A stretch of 64,000 bases of DNA from an uncultured Gammaproteobacteria bacterium (GTDB taxonomy: Bacteria > Patescibacteriota > Microgenomatia > UBA8517), in assembly GCA_964431555.1 (NCBI GenBank), contig CAYSJW010000023.1:33368-97367 (forward strand), read 5' to 3'. Below the pieces are notes generated by a model. That model saw only the letters and a list, made by a program, of their open reading frames with translations. It did not search any database and was not told the origin of the DNA. The position numbers were made by a program, and so were the translations under genes. The number at the start of each line of letters is the position of its first letter. The first letter of the stretch is position 1. Below, piece after piece: positions 48,705 to 60,742 of this stretch.

Positions 48705-50879
48705 TTACGAATTAAATCTTCTTTCACTCGCATCCCTTTTAGCAATCAAATTACTGGTAATATTGGCAGGAACTTCTTCATAATGACTAGGTTCCATATA
48801 AAAACTAGCTCTGCCTTGAGAAAGAGAGCGAAGTTTTGTCGCGTAACCAGAAAGTTCAGCCAAGGGGGCTAGAGCATAGATTACAGTCATCATTCCTCTT
48901 TTTTCAGTCCCCTGTATTTGTGCTCTTTTGCTTGATAAATCTCCTATTACATCCCCCATAAACTCCTCAGGTGTTGTTACTTCAACTTTCATAATTGGCT
49001 CCAAAAGAACCATGTCGGCTTTTTTGGCCGCTTCTTCAACTGCCAATGATCCAGCGATCTTAAAAGCTATTTCACTTGAATCAACTTCGTGGTAACTCCC
49101 ATCATAAACTGTAACCTTCACATCAGTCATAGGAAAACCAGCCAGAATACCATGATCGAGCTTCTCTTTAACTCCTTTTTCTATTGCGGGGATAAATTCA
49201 GAGGGAATAGCACCCCCTTTTATTGCTGATTCCCAGACAAAACCTTCCCCTCTTCCTATAGGCTCAATTCTAAGCAAACAATGACCATACTGCCCTCGTC
49301 CGCCGGTTTGTCTTATATATTTTCCTTCCCCTTCGGCTTTCTTTTTAATCGTCTCTTTATAAGCTACCTGAGGAGCACCGGTTCTCGCATCCACATTAAA
49401 TTCCCTTTTCATTCTGTCAACCAAAATCTCAAGCTGTAATTCACCCATCCCCGAGATAATTGTCTGACCTGTTTCATAATCGGACTTTATCTTAAATGTC
49501 GGGTCTTCATCCGATAATTTTTGCAGCGCCAATCCCATCTTTTCCTGATCTGATTTCGTTGCAGGTTCAATAGCTAATGAGATAACCGGTTCGGGGAATG
49601 AAATCGATTCCAAAATCAAGGGTCTAGACATGTCGCTCACAGAATCCCCTGTGGTCGTTTCCTTTATACCAACGGCAGCGACTATCTCTCCGGCAAAAGC
49701 TTCTTCTATAAGTTCTCTCTGATCCGCATGAAGAAGAACGAGTTTTCCGATTCTTTCTTGTTTTTGCTTGTTAACATTAAGGATAACTTGGCCAGCTTTT
49801 AAAGTCCCAGAATAAATTCTCAAATAAACCAATCTCCCAACATGAGGGTCTGTAACTACCTTGAAAGCTAAGGCAGAAAAGGGATCTTCATTTTTGGGAT
49901 ACCTTTTTTCCTTTTCTCCCGTTCTAGGATTAATACCCTCAATCGGAGGAACATCCAAAGGCGAGGGTAGATATTCAACTATCGCATTTAAGAGAAGTTG
50001 AACAGTAGCCGTCCTATTATCTCCTCCAAGAATAGGAAAAAACTTAACCTTAGTGACACCTGCCCTTATCGCTCTTATAATATCCGCCTCATCAAGTTCT
50101 TTCCCGTCTAAAAACTTACCCAAAGTTTCATCATCAAATTCTGAAACTGATTCAATCAATTCTTTTCTATATCTCTTGGCTTTTTCCAACAAATCTTGGG
50201 GAACTTCCTCCTCAATCAACTTATTATCCTCCAAGGATTTATAGGTGTAAGCTTTCATTTTTATAAGATCTATAACTCCCCTCAAGTCATGTTCTATCCC
50301 CAAGGGAATTTGAACAGGTGCGGCGTTAGCCCCCAAACGCTCCTTTATTGACTTAATACTTCCCTCAAAATCGGCACCAATTAAATTTAATTTATTCAAA
50401 ATACAGATTCGGGGAACATGATATCTATCTGCCTGTCTCCATACTGTTTCAGATTGAGATTCAACTCCAGTTCTTCCATCAAAAACCATAACAGCTCCAT
50501 CCAGAACCCTAAGCGACCTTTCAACCTCAGCGGTAAAATCAATATGTCCTGGTGTGTCAATAATATTTATTCTGTAATGACCATTTGGTATAGCAGAACC
50601 AGTTTGAAGATCCCAAAAGGTGGTTATAGCTGCAGAAACAATCGTAATACCTCGCTCCCTTTCCTGTGCCATCCAGTCAGTAACAGTGGTTCCTTCATCA
50701 ACCGATCCCAGTTTATATGTCTTTCCTGTCTCGAAAAGAATTCTCTCTGTTGTTGTTGTCTTACCAGCATCAATATGAGCAATAATTCCGATATTTCTAA
50801 TCTTTTCCATAGGAACAACACGGTCTTTTGTAACCGTCATCACCATAGCTGATTTTTTCTTTATCTGTTGAACTGCCAT
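48705..50879 (-). CDS. fusA: Elongation factor G. The start may be one of the internal Met codons just upstream of ...[18 protein letters not shown].
   Basis: G-domain motifs and full five-domain length. Confidence 0.93.
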   Translation of the reverse strand: MAVQQIKKKSAMVMTVTKDRVVPMEKIRNIGIIAHIDAGKTTTTERILFETGKTYKLGSVDEGTTVTDWMAQERERGITIVSAAITTFWDLQTGSAIPNGHYRINIIDTPGHIDFTAEVERSLRVLDGAVMVFDGRTGVESQSETVWRQADRYHVPRICILNKLNLIGADFEGSIKSIKERLGANAAPVQIPLGIEHDLRGVIDLIKMKAYTYKSLEDNKLIEEEVPQDLLEKAKRYRKELIESVSEFDDETLGKFLDGKELDEADIIRAIRAGVTKVKFFPILGGDNRTATVQLLLNAIVEYLPSPLDVPPIEGINPRTGEKEKRYPKNEDPFSALAFKVVTDPHVGRLVYLRIYSGTLKAGQVILNVNKQKQERIGKLVLLHADQRELIEEAFAGEIVAAVGIKETTTGDSVSDMSRPLILESISFPEPVISLAIEPATKSDQEKMGLALQKLSDEDPTFKIKSDYETGQTIISGMGELQLEILVDRMKREFNVDARTGAPQVAYKETIKKKAEGEGKYIRQTGGRGQYGHCLLRIEPIGRGEGFVWESAIKGGAIPSEFIPAIEKGVKEKLDHGILAGFPMTDVKVTVYDGSYHEVDSSEIAFKIAGSLAVEEAAKKADMVLLEPIMKVEVTTPEEFMGDVIGDLSSKRAQIQGTEKRGMMTVIYALAPLAELSGYATKLRSLSQGRASFYMEPSHYEEVPANITSNLIAKRDASERRFNS

Positions 50880-50952
50880 TTTTATTCCTTTTTTTCCAAA
50901 CTAATAACTCAACAAATCCAATAAAAAAATAAAAAAAGGATCTTTAAATTCT

Positions 50953-51429
50953 TTACCATCTGAAATGACTGAAGGCTTTATTTGCTTCAGCTATTCTTTC
51001 CACTTCCATTCTTTTCTTCACCGCCCCACCCTCTCCCTTAGCTGCATCTTCTAACTCCGCCGCTAACTTCTCAGCAAAAGTATGATATTCGGAATTTGAG
51101 CGGCTTCTCGCAAAATTAACCAACCATCGAATAGCCAAAGAGTCCTTTCTGGGTCCTCTAACTGGTATTGGAACCTGATAAGCCGCCCCCCCCACTCTCC
51201 TGGCGCGAACCTCCATAGAAGGTCTAGTATTATCAAGAGCTTGACTAAATGTTTTTATCGGATCATCACCTTTTTCCTTGATAATCCCAAAAGCCCGATA
51301 AACTTGCTTTTGAGCGATAGACTTTTTCCCATCAACGATACATCTATTAATAAGTTTTGCTACAAACTTATTCTTATATATAAGGTCGGGCTTTATTTCT
51401 CTCAGTTTTGCTTGTCCTCTTCTTGCCAT
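50953..51429 (-). CDS. rpsG: 30S ribosomal protein S7.
   Basis: ...LINRCIVDGKKS...SFSEAW-type C-terminus. Confidence 0.92.
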   Translation of the reverse strand: MARRGQAKLREIKPDLIYKNKFVAKLINRCIVDGKKSIAQKQVYRAFGIIKEKGDDPIKTFSQALDNTRPSMEVRARRVGGAAYQVPIPVRGPRKDSLAIRWLVNFARSRSNSEYHTFAEKLAAELEDAAKGEGGAVKKRMEVERIAEANKAFSHFRW

Positions 51430-51467
51430 TTCGATAAATATAATTTTTTCTTAACAACCTCCTTTAT

Positions 51468-51938
51468 TTATAAAGACGAAGCTGTCGTAGATGAAACGTC
51501 CGCTTTAGATTCAGATGTAAAAGTGACATTGGCTTGCCTTTTCGTTCCGTATCTACTCCTGGAAGTTTTTCTACCAACAACGCCTGTTGTATCAAACTTT
51601 CCCCTGACGATAGTATATTTAACCCCCGGCAAATCCTTGACCCTTCCTCCACGAACCAAGACAATTGAATGCTCCGCGAGTTCATGTCCTTCCCCCGGTA
51701 TATAGGCAGTTATTTCCTGTTTATTGGACAATCTAACCCTTGCAACCTTCCTCAAAGCGGAATTTGGTTTTTTGGGTGTCATCGTTCTCACCTGTAAAAC
51801 AACCCCTCTTTTAAAGGGGGAGTTTTCCTCTTTATACTTTCTATCTTTAGCGTTAAACCAACGTCTCAAAGCTGCCTTTTTTGTCTTTTTGGCAATCTTT
51901 TTTCTTCCTTTTCTTACAAGTTGTGATACAGTTGGCAT
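51468..51938 (-). CDS. rpsL: 30S ribosomal protein S12.
   Basis: [14 protein letters not shown]...[11 protein letters not shown]... Confidence 0.93.
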   Translation of the reverse strand: MPTVSQLVRKGRKKIAKKTKKAALRRWFNAKDRKYKEENSPFKRGVVLQVRTMTPKKPNSALRKVARVRLSNKQEITAYIPGEGHELAEHSIVLVRGGRVKDLPGVKYTIVRGKFDTTGVVGRKTSRSRYGTKRQANVTFTSESKADVSSTTASSL

Positions 51939-52016
51939 AAATTTAATATCCTTTCTACTCAGGCTGATATTTTAACACGAAAGACGCTCCCCTAACAACC
52001 GCTTTATTAAACTCCA

Positions 52017-55000
52017 TTAGCTTTCAGAAAGCACTGCTCTTTCGGGAGAAACTGGAATCAAACGACCTATAATTACATTTTCTTTTAATCCGACTAGTTT
52101 ATCTTCCTTCCTCATCAAAGATGCATTTGTGAGAACATCGGTTGTCTGTTGAAATGAAGCGGCAGAAAGCCAACTTTCGGTAAAAAGCGCTCTTCTGGTT
52201 ATACCCAAAATTACCTGTTGTGCAGTTGCGGGTTCCCCACCTGCAGCTAAAACCTTTTCATTTTCTTCTTCAAAAGTAGCCTTTTCGACTAATTCTCCCG
52301 GTAATAAAGGCGTATCACCTGATGTTACAATCCTCACTTCATCGCTCATTTTCCTAACAATAACTTCAAAATGCTTATCGTGTATGGGAATCCCTTGACT
52401 CTCATAAACCTTTTGCACCTCATTTACCAAATACTCTTGTGCTGCCCTTAGACCCTTAATCGAGAGAACCTCTCTAATATCCAGTGAGCCTTTTGCCAAA
52501 GGCACCCCCGCCTCAACAATCTGTTTATCTTCAACGGCTAATTGAATAGCCTTTGGTATTAAATATTCCCTTTCCTCTTTCGGTTGAGTATGGATAGACG
52601 TTATCTTAATCCTCCAACCCTCTTCACTCTCCCCAATAGTTACCTTACCTGGTATTTCTGAAAGAGGAGCCATTACCTTTGGCGTTCTAGCCTCGATCAA
52701 TTCTTCAACTCTCGGAAGACCTTGAGTAATATCCGTAGTTATTACACCAGCCGCATGCTTCGTTTTGAGAGTAAGCTGTGTTCCAGGTTCACCAATTGAC
52801 TGGGCTGCGATTATTCCTACTGGAACACCAATACTAACAATCTCCTTGTTGGATAAATCTGTTCCATAACACTTAGTGCACACTCCATAACGTAAAGCAC
52901 AGGTTAAGGGCGAATAAACTAAAACCTCAGAAACGCCAGCCGCATCTATTTCCTGCGCTTTTAGATCATTAATCAAATCTCCCTTGGATATCAAAACAAT
53001 CTCCCTACCATCCTTTTTAATTTTGACATCTTGAGCAACAAATCTTCCAACTATTCTCTTAGCAAACGAGGACGATCGGGGATCCCTCTTAATTAGAAAG
53101 CCTTCTTCAGTTTTACAATCATCACTCCTTATTATTACATCATGTGCAACATCAACTAACCTTCTTGTCAAGTATCCTGCATCCGCGGTCTTTAGAGCGG
53201 TATCTGTTAATCCCTTTCTTGAACCCCTCGATGAGGTTACATACTCAAAAACAGAAAGACCTTCCCTAAAATTACTCTTTATCGGAAGTTCGACAATCTT
53301 ACCCAAAGGATCAACTACCAATCCTCTGATTGCCGCTAACTGTTTTACTTGATCTCTTGACGCACGACCGACCTTAGCATCTATAACCACTCTTATCGGA
53401 CTTGTTTCATCTAAAAGATTCCAAGTTTTATCCGCCAGCTCTTCGGTTACCTGAATCCAAACTTCTTGAGATAGTCTCTTTTTCTCTTCAGCAGTTATCA
53501 ATCCCTGAGCATAATTAGATTCAATTTCAGCAATTTTTCTTTCCGCCTCTTTGAGTAGTTTTTGTTTTTCCGGTAAAAGCTTGGAATCAAATATTCCAAA
53601 AGAGAGTCCAGAAATTGTCCCACCCATAAAACCTAACTCCTTAATAGAATCAATCATTGAAGTTACATTTTCCCTATCCGTCATCATAAATGCTTTAGTA
53701 AAAAGTTCTTTTATCTTAGATGATGTAACCGCTTCATTAACAAAATCAAAACCGCTAGGTAATACTTCATTAAAAAGAATTCTACCGGGCGTTGTTTCAA
53801 TTAGAGAGCCGTTTTCTCTAAGGGTAATCTTTTGCCTTAATTCTATCTTACCTGTCTGATAAGCCAATAAAGCTTCTTGTCTATCAGCAAACACAGTTTC
53901 ACAAGGTTTTATCCTTATATCTTCACTTGTCAAATAATAAACTCCCAATGCCATCTCTTTGCTCGCCGGAGTTGTTATTGGACTGCCATCTGCTGGACGA
54001 AGCAAATTGTTTGAGGGTAACATTAAATTCTTAGCCTCATCAATCGCCTTCTTAGATAGAGGAACATGGACGGCCATTTGATCTCCATCAAAATCCGCGT
54101 TAAATCCAGAACAAATAGCTGGATGAATCCTTATTGCGCTACCCTCTATCAAAACCGGATAAAAAGCTTGTATTGAGAGTTTATGTAAAGTAGGAGCTCT
54201 ATTTAAGATAACCGGGTGATCTTTGGTAATTTCATCCAAAATATCAAAAACCTCAGGAGGACGTCTCTCAAGCAGATTTTTTGCACTCTTAACATTCGGG
54301 GCTACACCTCTTAAAATCATCTCCCTTAAAACAAAGGGCTTAAACATCTCTAAAGCCATATCTTTGGGTATTCCACACTGAGTAAGTTTTAATTCAGGAC
54401 CCACAATAATTACAGATCTACCGGAATAATCCACCCTCTTTCCCAAAAGATTCTGTCTAAATCTACCCTGTTTGCCACGCAGAAGGTCGGAAATTGACCT
54501 TAAAGGTTGTCTTCCCCGACTCTTTCTAGTCGTCTTTCTTTGTGACGCATCTATCAGTGAATCAACCGATTCTTGGAGCATTCTTTTTTCGTTTCTAAGA
54601 ATAATTTCCGGTGCTCCCAGTTCAATTAAATGTTTTAATCTATTATTTCTATTTATAACCCTGCGATATAAATCATTTAGGTCACTGGTTGCAAATCTAC
54701 CTCCCGAAAGCTGAACCATCGGCCTCAGGTCGGGCGGAAGAACTGGTAAAACTTTAATAACCATCGCAGAAGGACTGGTCTTGGAACGCCTCATTCCATC
54801 AACTAACTTCAGTCTTTTGGTTAATTTCACATATTTTGCAGAAATACCCTTACTTTCTTCTAGCTCTTTACGAAGGCTAACAGCCAATTCTTCAATATTT
54901 ATCTTGGAAAGTGCGCTAGCTACCGCCTCAGCTCCCATCTTAGCCTTGAAAAAGTCAGAAGCTCCATAACTTTCCAGTTCATCGTACTCCTCCTCAGAGA

Positions 55001-55745
55001 GAATCGTAAATAACTTCAAACCTTTAACCAATGAGGTTAAATTAATAAATAATTCCCTTGTTCTTCCCAAAGTTGATTTTTCTTCTTCAGCCAAAGCCGT
55101 CTCTTTTTTTCTAGTCTCAAGGTCTATTTCGGAAATAGCCAAAGCCAATTGTTCTTTATCTTTAATCCTACTTTCAACCTTGTTTCTTTCCTCAATCGAT
55201 TTCTCCATCAAAACTTTTCTTTTCTCCTCAAAAGTCTTAACTATCTCTTTCTCTCTTTCCAAAGACACCTTTTCCAGTCTCAAAACAGCATTTTTCCTAG
55301 CTTTTTCATCTACCTCCAAAACCAAATATCTCGCGAAATAAATAACCTGCTCGATAGCCTTGGGAGGTACATCCAGTAAAAGAGAAACTTTTGATGGCGC
55401 TCCTTTAAAAAACCAAACATGAATAACGGGAGTCGCCAAATTTATATGACCCATCCTTTCCCTTCGAACACGACTTTGGGTTACTTCAACACCACACTTA
55501 TCGCAAACAACTCCCTTATACCTTATTCTTTTATACTTTCCACAATAACATTCCCAGTCTTTTGTGGGACCGAAAATTCTTTCATCAAAAAGGCCGTCTT
55601 TTTCGGGTTTTAAAGTCCTATAATTTATAGTTTCTGGTTTGGTTACTTCACCCCTAGACCAACTTTTAATTTCATCAGAAGAGGCCAAACCTATTATTAG
55701 GCTCTTAAAATCAGTTAGATTATTTAAACCTGATAGTGGTTCCAT
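52017..55745 (-). CDS. rpoC: DNA-directed RNA polymerase beta' subunit.
   Basis: Zn-finger CYCGKYKRIRYKGVVCDKCGV. NADFDGD catalytic motif. 1242 aa. Confidence 0.95.
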   Translation of the reverse strand: MEPLSGLNNLTDFKSLIIGLASSDEIKSWSRGEVTKPETINYRTLKPEKDGLFDERIFGPTKDWECYCGKYKRIRYKGVVCDKCGVEVTQSRVRRERMGHINLATPVIHVWFFKGAPSKVSLLLDVPPKAIEQVIYFARYLVLEVDEKARKNAVLRLEKVSLEREKEIVKTFEEKRKVLMEKSIEERNKVESRIKDKEQLALAISEIDLETRKKETALAEEEKSTLGRTRELFINLTSLVKGLKLFTILSEEEYDELESYGASDFFKAKMGAEAVASALSKINIEELAVSLRKELEESKGISAKYVKLTKRLKLVDGMRRSKTSPSAMVIKVLPVLPPDLRPMVQLSGGRFATSDLNDLYRRVINRNNRLKHLIELGAPEIILRNEKRMLQESVDSLIDASQRKTTRKSRGRQPLRSISDLLRGKQGRFRQNLLGKRVDYSGRSVIIVGPELKLTQCGIPKDMALEMFKPFVLREMILRGVAPNVKSAKNLLERRPPEVFDILDEITKDHPVILNRAPTLHKLSIQAFYPVLIEGSAIRIHPAICSGFNADFDGDQMAVHVPLSKKAIDEAKNLMLPSNNLLRPADGSPITTPASKEMALGVYYLTSEDIRIKPCETVFADRQEALLAYQTGKIELRQKITLRENGSLIETTPGRILFNEVLPSGFDFVNEAVTSSKIKELFTKAFMMTDRENVTSMIDSIKELGFMGGTISGLSFGIFDSKLLPEKQKLLKEAERKIAEIESNYAQGLITAEEKKRLSQEVWIQVTEELADKTWNLLDETSPIRVVIDAKVGRASRDQVKQLAAIRGLVVDPLGKIVELPIKSNFREGLSVFEYVTSSRGSRKGLTDTALKTADAGYLTRRLVDVAHDVIIRSDDCKTEEGFLIKRDPRSSSFAKRIVGRFVAQDVKIKKDGREIVLISKGDLINDLKAQEIDAAGVSEVLVYSPLTCALRYGVCTKCYGTDLSNKEIVSIGVPVGIIAAQSIGEPGTQLTLKTKHAAGVITTDITQGLPRVEELIEARTPKVMAPLSEIPGKVTIGESEEGWRIKITSIHTQPKEEREYLIPKAIQLAVEDKQIVEAGVPLAKGSLDIREVLSIKGLRAAQEYLVNEVQKVYESQGIPIHDKHFEVIVRKMSDEVRIVTSGDTPLLPGELVEKATFEEENEKVLAAGGEPATAQQVILGITRRALFTESWLSAASFQQTTDVLTNASLMRKEDKLVGLKENVIIGRLIPVSPERAVLSES

Positions 55746-55751
55746 ATTTTT

Positions 55752-58700
55752 TTATTCAGACACCTCCTCTATTTCCATTGGACTTTTTGCATTAACCAAT
55801 TCATCCGTAGCTACAACTTCTGCCCCAGAAAGTTTTGCAAGTTCCACACCCTCATTTAAACTAGAATCCTCCTCCTTTTTGTATATCCCTCCGACCGCAT
55901 CTATTGATAGACAGAGTGAATTCAACTCACGAACCAAAACCTTAAAACTTTCCGGCACAGTTGCTTCAGGTATATCAATTCCCTTAACTATTGCCTCAAA
56001 AGCTCTGGCCCTACCAACTACATCATCAGATTTAATAGTTAACATTTCCTGTAAAGTATAAGCAGCTCTGTGAGCTTCCAAACCCCAAACCTCCATTTCT
56101 CCAAGACGCTGCCCTCCCATCTGAGCTTTTCCTCCCAATGGTTGTTGCGTCACCAAAGAGTAAGGACCTGTTGATCTGGCATGAGTTTTATCCTCAACCA
56201 TATGCTTAAGTTTGAGAATATAACCTACTCCTACAACAGTGTCCTCTTTAAATGGTTCACCCGTCTTTCCATTGATCAATCTTGCTTTACCGTTAACCGG
56301 TAAGTTGGACTTCCTGAGCTCTTCCACAATTGTTTCTTCATCAATCTTTTCAAAAACGGGAATAGAAGCTTTCAAACCCCTTTTTTGAAGAGCCCATCCC
56401 AAATGAGCCTCGAGAAGCTGGCCCAAATTCATACGAGCCAAAACCGAAAGAGGGGAGATAATTATATCAACCAAAGTCCCATCAGGAAGATAAGGCATAT
56501 CTGCGGCAGGAAGAATTTTGGATATAACTCCTTTATTTCCGTGTCTTCCTGCCACCTTATCACCAACGGTAATTTTTCTGATTTGAGCTACTTTTACAAT
56601 CACTCTCTTAAGAACACCCGGACCCAATTCATCACCTTTTTCTCTATCTAAAATCGATACATCAATAACTATCCCCCTTTCACCGTGAGGCACTCTTAAG
56701 GAGGTATCACGAACTTCCCTAGCTTTTTCACCAAAAATTGCCCTCAACAATCTTTCCTCTGCAGTCAGCTCAGTCTCACCTTTAGGAGCTATTTTTCCAA
56801 CCAAAATATCATTTGGACCTACCTCTGCTCCTATCACCACTATCCCATCTTCGGCAAGATTAGCCAAATCCGATTCAGCAACATTAGGTATGTCACGAGT
56901 TAACTCCTCCGGTCCAAGTTTTGTATCAACAACATCAGCTTCATACTCCTCAATATGAATAGAGGTCAAAAGATCCTCTTTGACCAATCTATCAGATATC
57001 AAAACAGCATCCTCAAATCCATAACCCTCATACGAGGTATAAGCAATTATTAAATTTCTTCCCAAAGCAAGTTCCCCATTATCAACAGAGGGTCCGTCAG
57101 CCAAAAGGTCTCCTTTCCTTACCTTCTGACCAACATTTACCAAAACTCTTTGGTTATAACAGGTCGAATTTGCTGTTCTTTTAAATTTCGTCAAATAATA
57201 AATCTCCTTGGTACCAGATTCGGTAATTTCAACGTCCTCAAGATTTCCAAGATCATTATCCACCTTCCTATTAAGACTAACCTCAATTCTATTAGCATCA
57301 ACATAAGTAACAATCCCATCGTGAAGGGCTTTAGTAAACCTCATCATCCCTTCGGCTATCGCTTCCTCCATACCTGTACCAACTATTGGAGCCTCAGGCT
57401 TTATTAATGGCACAGCCTGGCATTGCATATTAGCTCCCATCAAAGCCCGATTCCCCTCATCATGAGAAAGAAAAGGAATTATCGAGGAAGAAGCTCCTAC
57501 AACCTGTCTTGGTGTCACGTCTATAAAATCAACAAGTTCAGAAGATCCTTCTGTAACAGTCCCTTTATACCTAAAAGGAACACGTGAGTCGATAATAAAA
57601 CCATCTTTATCAATATTAACACCCGAGTGAGTAATATGAAATTCTTCCTCATCATCCGCAGTAAGATAGATTATCTCCTTTGTAACCTTAGATCTAACTT
57701 TATGTCCTACCTTTACCTTCTCTACCTTCCTATAAGGAGTTTCTATAAAACCATATTCATTAACCCTAGCATAAAGAGAAAGATAGGTAACCAAACCAAT
57801 ATTTGGTCCTTCAGGAGTTCTAACAGGATCAATCCTTCCATATTGGGAGGAGTTTACATCTCTTATAGAGAAAGATGCCCTTTCTCTGTTTATACCCCCT
57901 GGCCCAAGTACAGAAATTCTTCTTAGATTATCTATTTCACTTAAAGGATTCGTGTCATCAAGAATTGTTGAAAGCTGGTTCAATCTAAAGAATTCATTTA
58001 ACGCAGCTATTAAAGGCCTGGCATTTATCAAAGCAGCAGGAAGGGGTTCATCTTCAGGAGAGATCAAGCTCATCTTCTCTTTTATAGAACGTTCTAATCT
58101 CAAAAGTCCTATTCTTAAGGCATTTGTGGCTACCAACTCACCCACTCTTCTTAATCGCCTGTTGGAAAGATGATCAATATCATCAACTCTACCTTCTCCA
58201 TTTTGCAAACCAATAAGATAAGAAAGGGTTGTTATAATATCCTTCTGAGTTAAAACCCAATTGGGTTTATCATTAGGGATATTCAGATTGAGCCTTTTGT
58301 TTATCTTATATCTGCCTACTTTGCCAAGATCATACCTTTTGGGATCTAAAAACATACTCTTAAATAATCCTTCAGCATTTTCAAGCAAAGCCGGTTCACC
58401 TGGCCTCATCTTCCTATATATTTCTATAAGTGCTTCATTCCTATCGGTTGTAGAATCTTTCGATAAAGTTGAGGTTATATACTTATGTTGTTCATTCACA
58501 TCTACTTTCTCATAGATCCTTTTAATCTCATCAGTACTTTCAACCCCCATCGCCCTCAATATAGTGGTCGCAATAACTTTTCTTCTTCTATCAATTCTTG
58601 CAAAAATCACATCATTCCTATCTACCTCAAATTCCAACCAAGACCCTCTTAATGGTCTCATTTCTGCTTTGTAAAGTATTCTGCCTGAAGATGGATCTAA

Positions 58701-59129
58701 TTCTCCCGAAAAATAAACACCAGGACTTCTAACTATTTGATTTATTACCACTCTTTCAACCCCATTAATAATGAATGTTCCTCGAGAGGTCATTTGTGGA
58801 AGATCCCCTAGGAAAACCTCCTGTGTTTTCTTTTCACCTGATCTTTTATTGACTAATGTCGCCGTTATTTTCAAAGGAACTGAGTAGGTAAGACCCTTAG
58901 CTGAAGCTTCTCTGGGAGTTAATTTAGGTTTGCCAAGTTCTGGATTCTCAAGTATTATCTGCCAGTTTTTACCTGTAAAGTCATCTATTGGATTAATTTC
59001 CGAAAGTTCATTGGCAATACCAACATTCAAAAACCACTCCCAAGATTCTTTTTGGACTCGAGATAAATCTAATTGGGGAAGATTTTTCTCTTCTTTTCCA
59101 AAATTGATGCGTTTATTAGATTTCGTCAT
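55752..59129 (-). CDS. rpoB: DNA-directed RNA polymerase beta subunit. The start is placed at ATG 59127-59129 (MTKSNKRINFG...).
   Basis: Conserved beta blocks throughout. Overlaps the rpoC start by a few nt. Confidence 0.95.
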   Translation of the reverse strand: MTKSNKRINFGKEEKNLPQLDLSRVQKESWEWFLNVGIANELSEINPIDDFTGKNWQIILENPELGKPKLTPREASAKGLTYSVPLKITATLVNKRSGEKKTQEVFLGDLPQMTSRGTFIINGVERVVINQIVRSPGVYFSGELDPSSGRILYKAEMRPLRGSWLEFEVDRNDVIFARIDRRRKVIATTILRAMGVESTDEIKRIYEKVDVNEQHKYITSTLSKDSTTDRNEALIEIYRKMRPGEPALLENAEGLFKSMFLDPKRYDLGKVGRYKINKRLNLNIPNDKPNWVLTQKDIITTLSYLIGLQNGEGRVDDIDHLSNRRLRRVGELVATNALRIGLLRLERSIKEKMSLISPEDEPLPAALINARPLIAALNEFFRLNQLSTILDDTNPLSEIDNLRRISVLGPGGINRERASFSIRDVNSSQYGRIDPVRTPEGPNIGLVTYLSLYARVNEYGFIETPYRKVEKVKVGHKVRSKVTKEIIYLTADDEEEFHITHSGVNIDKDGFIIDSRVPFRYKGTVTEGSSELVDFIDVTPRQVVGASSSIIPFLSHDEGNRALMGANMQCQAVPLIKPEAPIVGTGMEEAIAEGMMRFTKALHDGIVTYVDANRIEVSLNRKVDNDLGNLEDVEITESGTKEIYYLTKFKRTANSTCYNQRVLVNVGQKVRKGDLLADGPSVDNGELALGRNLIIAYTSYEGYGFEDAVLISDRLVKEDLLTSIHIEEYEADVVDTKLGPEELTRDIPNVAESDLANLAEDGIVVIGAEVGPNDILVGKIAPKGETELTAEERLLRAIFGEKAREVRDTSLRVPHGERGIVIDVSILDREKGDELGPGVLKRVIVKVAQIRKITVGDKVAGRHGNKGVISKILPAADMPYLPDGTLVDIIISPLSVLARMNLGQLLEAHLGWALQKRGLKASIPVFEKIDEETIVEELRKSNLPVNGKARLINGKTGEPFKEDTVVGVGYILKLKHMVEDKTHARSTGPYSLVTQQPLGGKAQMGGQRLGEMEVWGLEAHRAAYTLQEMLTIKSDDVVGRARAFEAIVKGIDIPEATVPESFKVLVRELNSLCLSIDAVGGIYKKEEDSSLNEGVELAKLSGAEVVATDELVNAKSPMEIEEVSE

Positions 59130-59382
59130 TTGAGGTATATTAAGTTCACTTAATTTTTGACTGAAAAAACCCAAGTATTGCTTGGGACACAAAAATTTAC
59201 CAAGTTTAACTTGGTATATTTAAACGCTTTTCAGTCTTAGCGTCAGAACAACTAGAGAGGATTATATTATAAATTTTGTTTATGTCAATAGCCTGTTGTC
59301 TGTGTTATATTTATATAAAAGGACATCGAAGAAGAAGCCTAAATAACGTATCTTGGACTTATTCACTGTTTAAGACACATCA

Positions 59383-60420
59383 CTATTTCCTTAAATATTT
59401 TCTGATATTACTATTATGTTCTTCAAAAGTCCTCGCATAATAAACTTTTCCATCAGCGTGAATGTAAAAAAAATAGTCACTCATAAGAGGATTAGCTGCC
59501 GCTTTCAATGACTTTAACCCAGGATTAGAGATTGGCCCAGGTGGTAATCCTTGATATTTATAGGTATTGTAGGGGGAATCTATATCCAAATCACCTTCTC
59601 TTAGAGTTTCCCAGTATTTATCCACCTGATTTCCCTGATTCTTCATTTTTAAACTAGCGACAGCGTATTGAACCGCTGCATCAACTTGCAAAGGCCATTT
59701 TTTTTCTAACCGATTATATAAAATACCAGCAATTACAGGCCGTTCTTCATCAGTTTTTGCCTCTCTCTCAATTAAAGAAGCTAAAATTACAACCTCTTTC
59801 AAACTATACCCAAAAGGATAATTACTCTTAATTTCACTAATTTTTTTATCGAAATTATTTTTCATCATTAAAACAACCTTTGAAGCCTGAATATCTTTGG
59901 GAATAAGGTAGGTATCAGGAAATAAATAACCTTCCAAACCTTCAGACTCTTTTAAAAAGTTCTCACGAAATAGAGTTGCTTCTTTACCCCCTTTATCAAG
60001 ACCTTTGATATACCTATCCACTACCTCTTCGCGTCTTAGACCTTCAGGAATAGTAACCCAAACTTCCTGAGGTGCACTACTAATCACTTCGACTATCTTT
60101 ACCAAAGAATAAGATGGTGAAAGCTCAAATTTACCAGTTTGAATACCTTTTGATTTATTAAAAAACTGGACATAGAGTTTAAAAACCAAAGGACTCTTAA
60201 TCAAACCCTTTTTGTAAAGAGATTCACCAATCTGTGAAGCGGACTTACCTTTTTCAATAACAAAACTTATACTATCCCCACTATTTTTGGAAACCGGTTG
60301 AATACCTAAACAAAACCAGTACAAAAAAATCCCCAAGGTTAAAATCAAGAAAGCAACCAAAGTTGCCAAAGTCAAATTATTTCTCTTTATCTTAGAAAAT
60401 ATATTTACCACTCCTTTCAA
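59383..60420 (-). CDS. mltG: Endolytic murein transglycosylase MltG (YceG-like).
   Basis: N-terminal TM. YceG blocks, including ...YQGLPPGPISNPG... Confidence 0.85.
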   Translation of the reverse strand: MKGVVNIFSKIKRNNLTLATLVAFLILTLGIFLYWFCLGIQPVSKNSGDSISFVIEKGKSASQIGESLYKKGLIKSPLVFKLYVQFFNKSKGIQTGKFELSPSYSLVKIVEVISSAPQEVWVTIPEGLRREEVVDRYIKGLDKGGKEATLFRENFLKESEGLEGYLFPDTYLIPKDIQASKVVLMMKNNFDKKISEIKSNYPFGYSLKEVVILASLIEREAKTDEERPVIAGILYNRLEKKWPLQVDAAVQYAVASLKMKNQGNQVDKYWETLREGDLDIDSPYNTYKYQGLPPGPISNPGLKSLKAAANPLMSDYFFYIHADGKVYYARTFEEHNSNIRKYLRK

Positions 60421-60486
60421 TAAATAAAAATCAAATCAAGCAAATTAGAGAAAAATGAACCAAAAAGGAGAAAAAAATACCCCTTC

Positions 60487-60693
60487 CTAGACTTCTTCCA
60501 ACAAGGCCCTCCTATATTTTTTAGTCTTTGGGTCATAAATAAAAATTCTCCCGCAGGAATGGGTAACTTTGATCGTTCCGTCTTTTCTCTTTTCACCACC
60601 AGAAACATCCAGCGGCTGTCCATCAGCAACACATCTTCCCTGCGAAAGCAACCAGGCCTGAATGGGTGCTATAACATTCTTTAACATGACCAT
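60487..60693 (-). CDS. Small basic hypothetical protein (68 aa) between ruvX and mltG. This is the position occupied by a small DUF protein in many bacteria.
   Basis: More protein-like than the overlapping alternative-frame ORF 60417-60632. Confidence 0.4.
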   Translation of the reverse strand: MVMLKNVIAPIQAWLLSQGRCVADGQPLDVSGGEKRKDGTIKVTHSCGRIFIYDPKTKKYRRALLEEV

Positions 60694-60742
60694 TTTAGTA
60701 TAGCATAAATGGTAACATTTTTTCCTAAATTTTTAAAATTGT

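Noticed and set aside
50053-58515. Numerous 60-140 aa ORFs on the plus strand inside fusA, rpoC and rpoB, plus similar ones inside tuf, copA and the ribosomal protein genes.
   Set aside because: They are antisense shadows of long, strongly supported genes. Their products are Ser/Leu/Phe-rich, as expected from the reverse frames of AT-rich coding DNA.
60417-60632. 71-aa ORF overlapping the 60487-60693 ORF in another frame.
   Set aside because: Its product looks like frame-shifted junk (FFLLFGSFFSNLLDLIFIY). The alternative frame is more protein-like and abuts ruvX.
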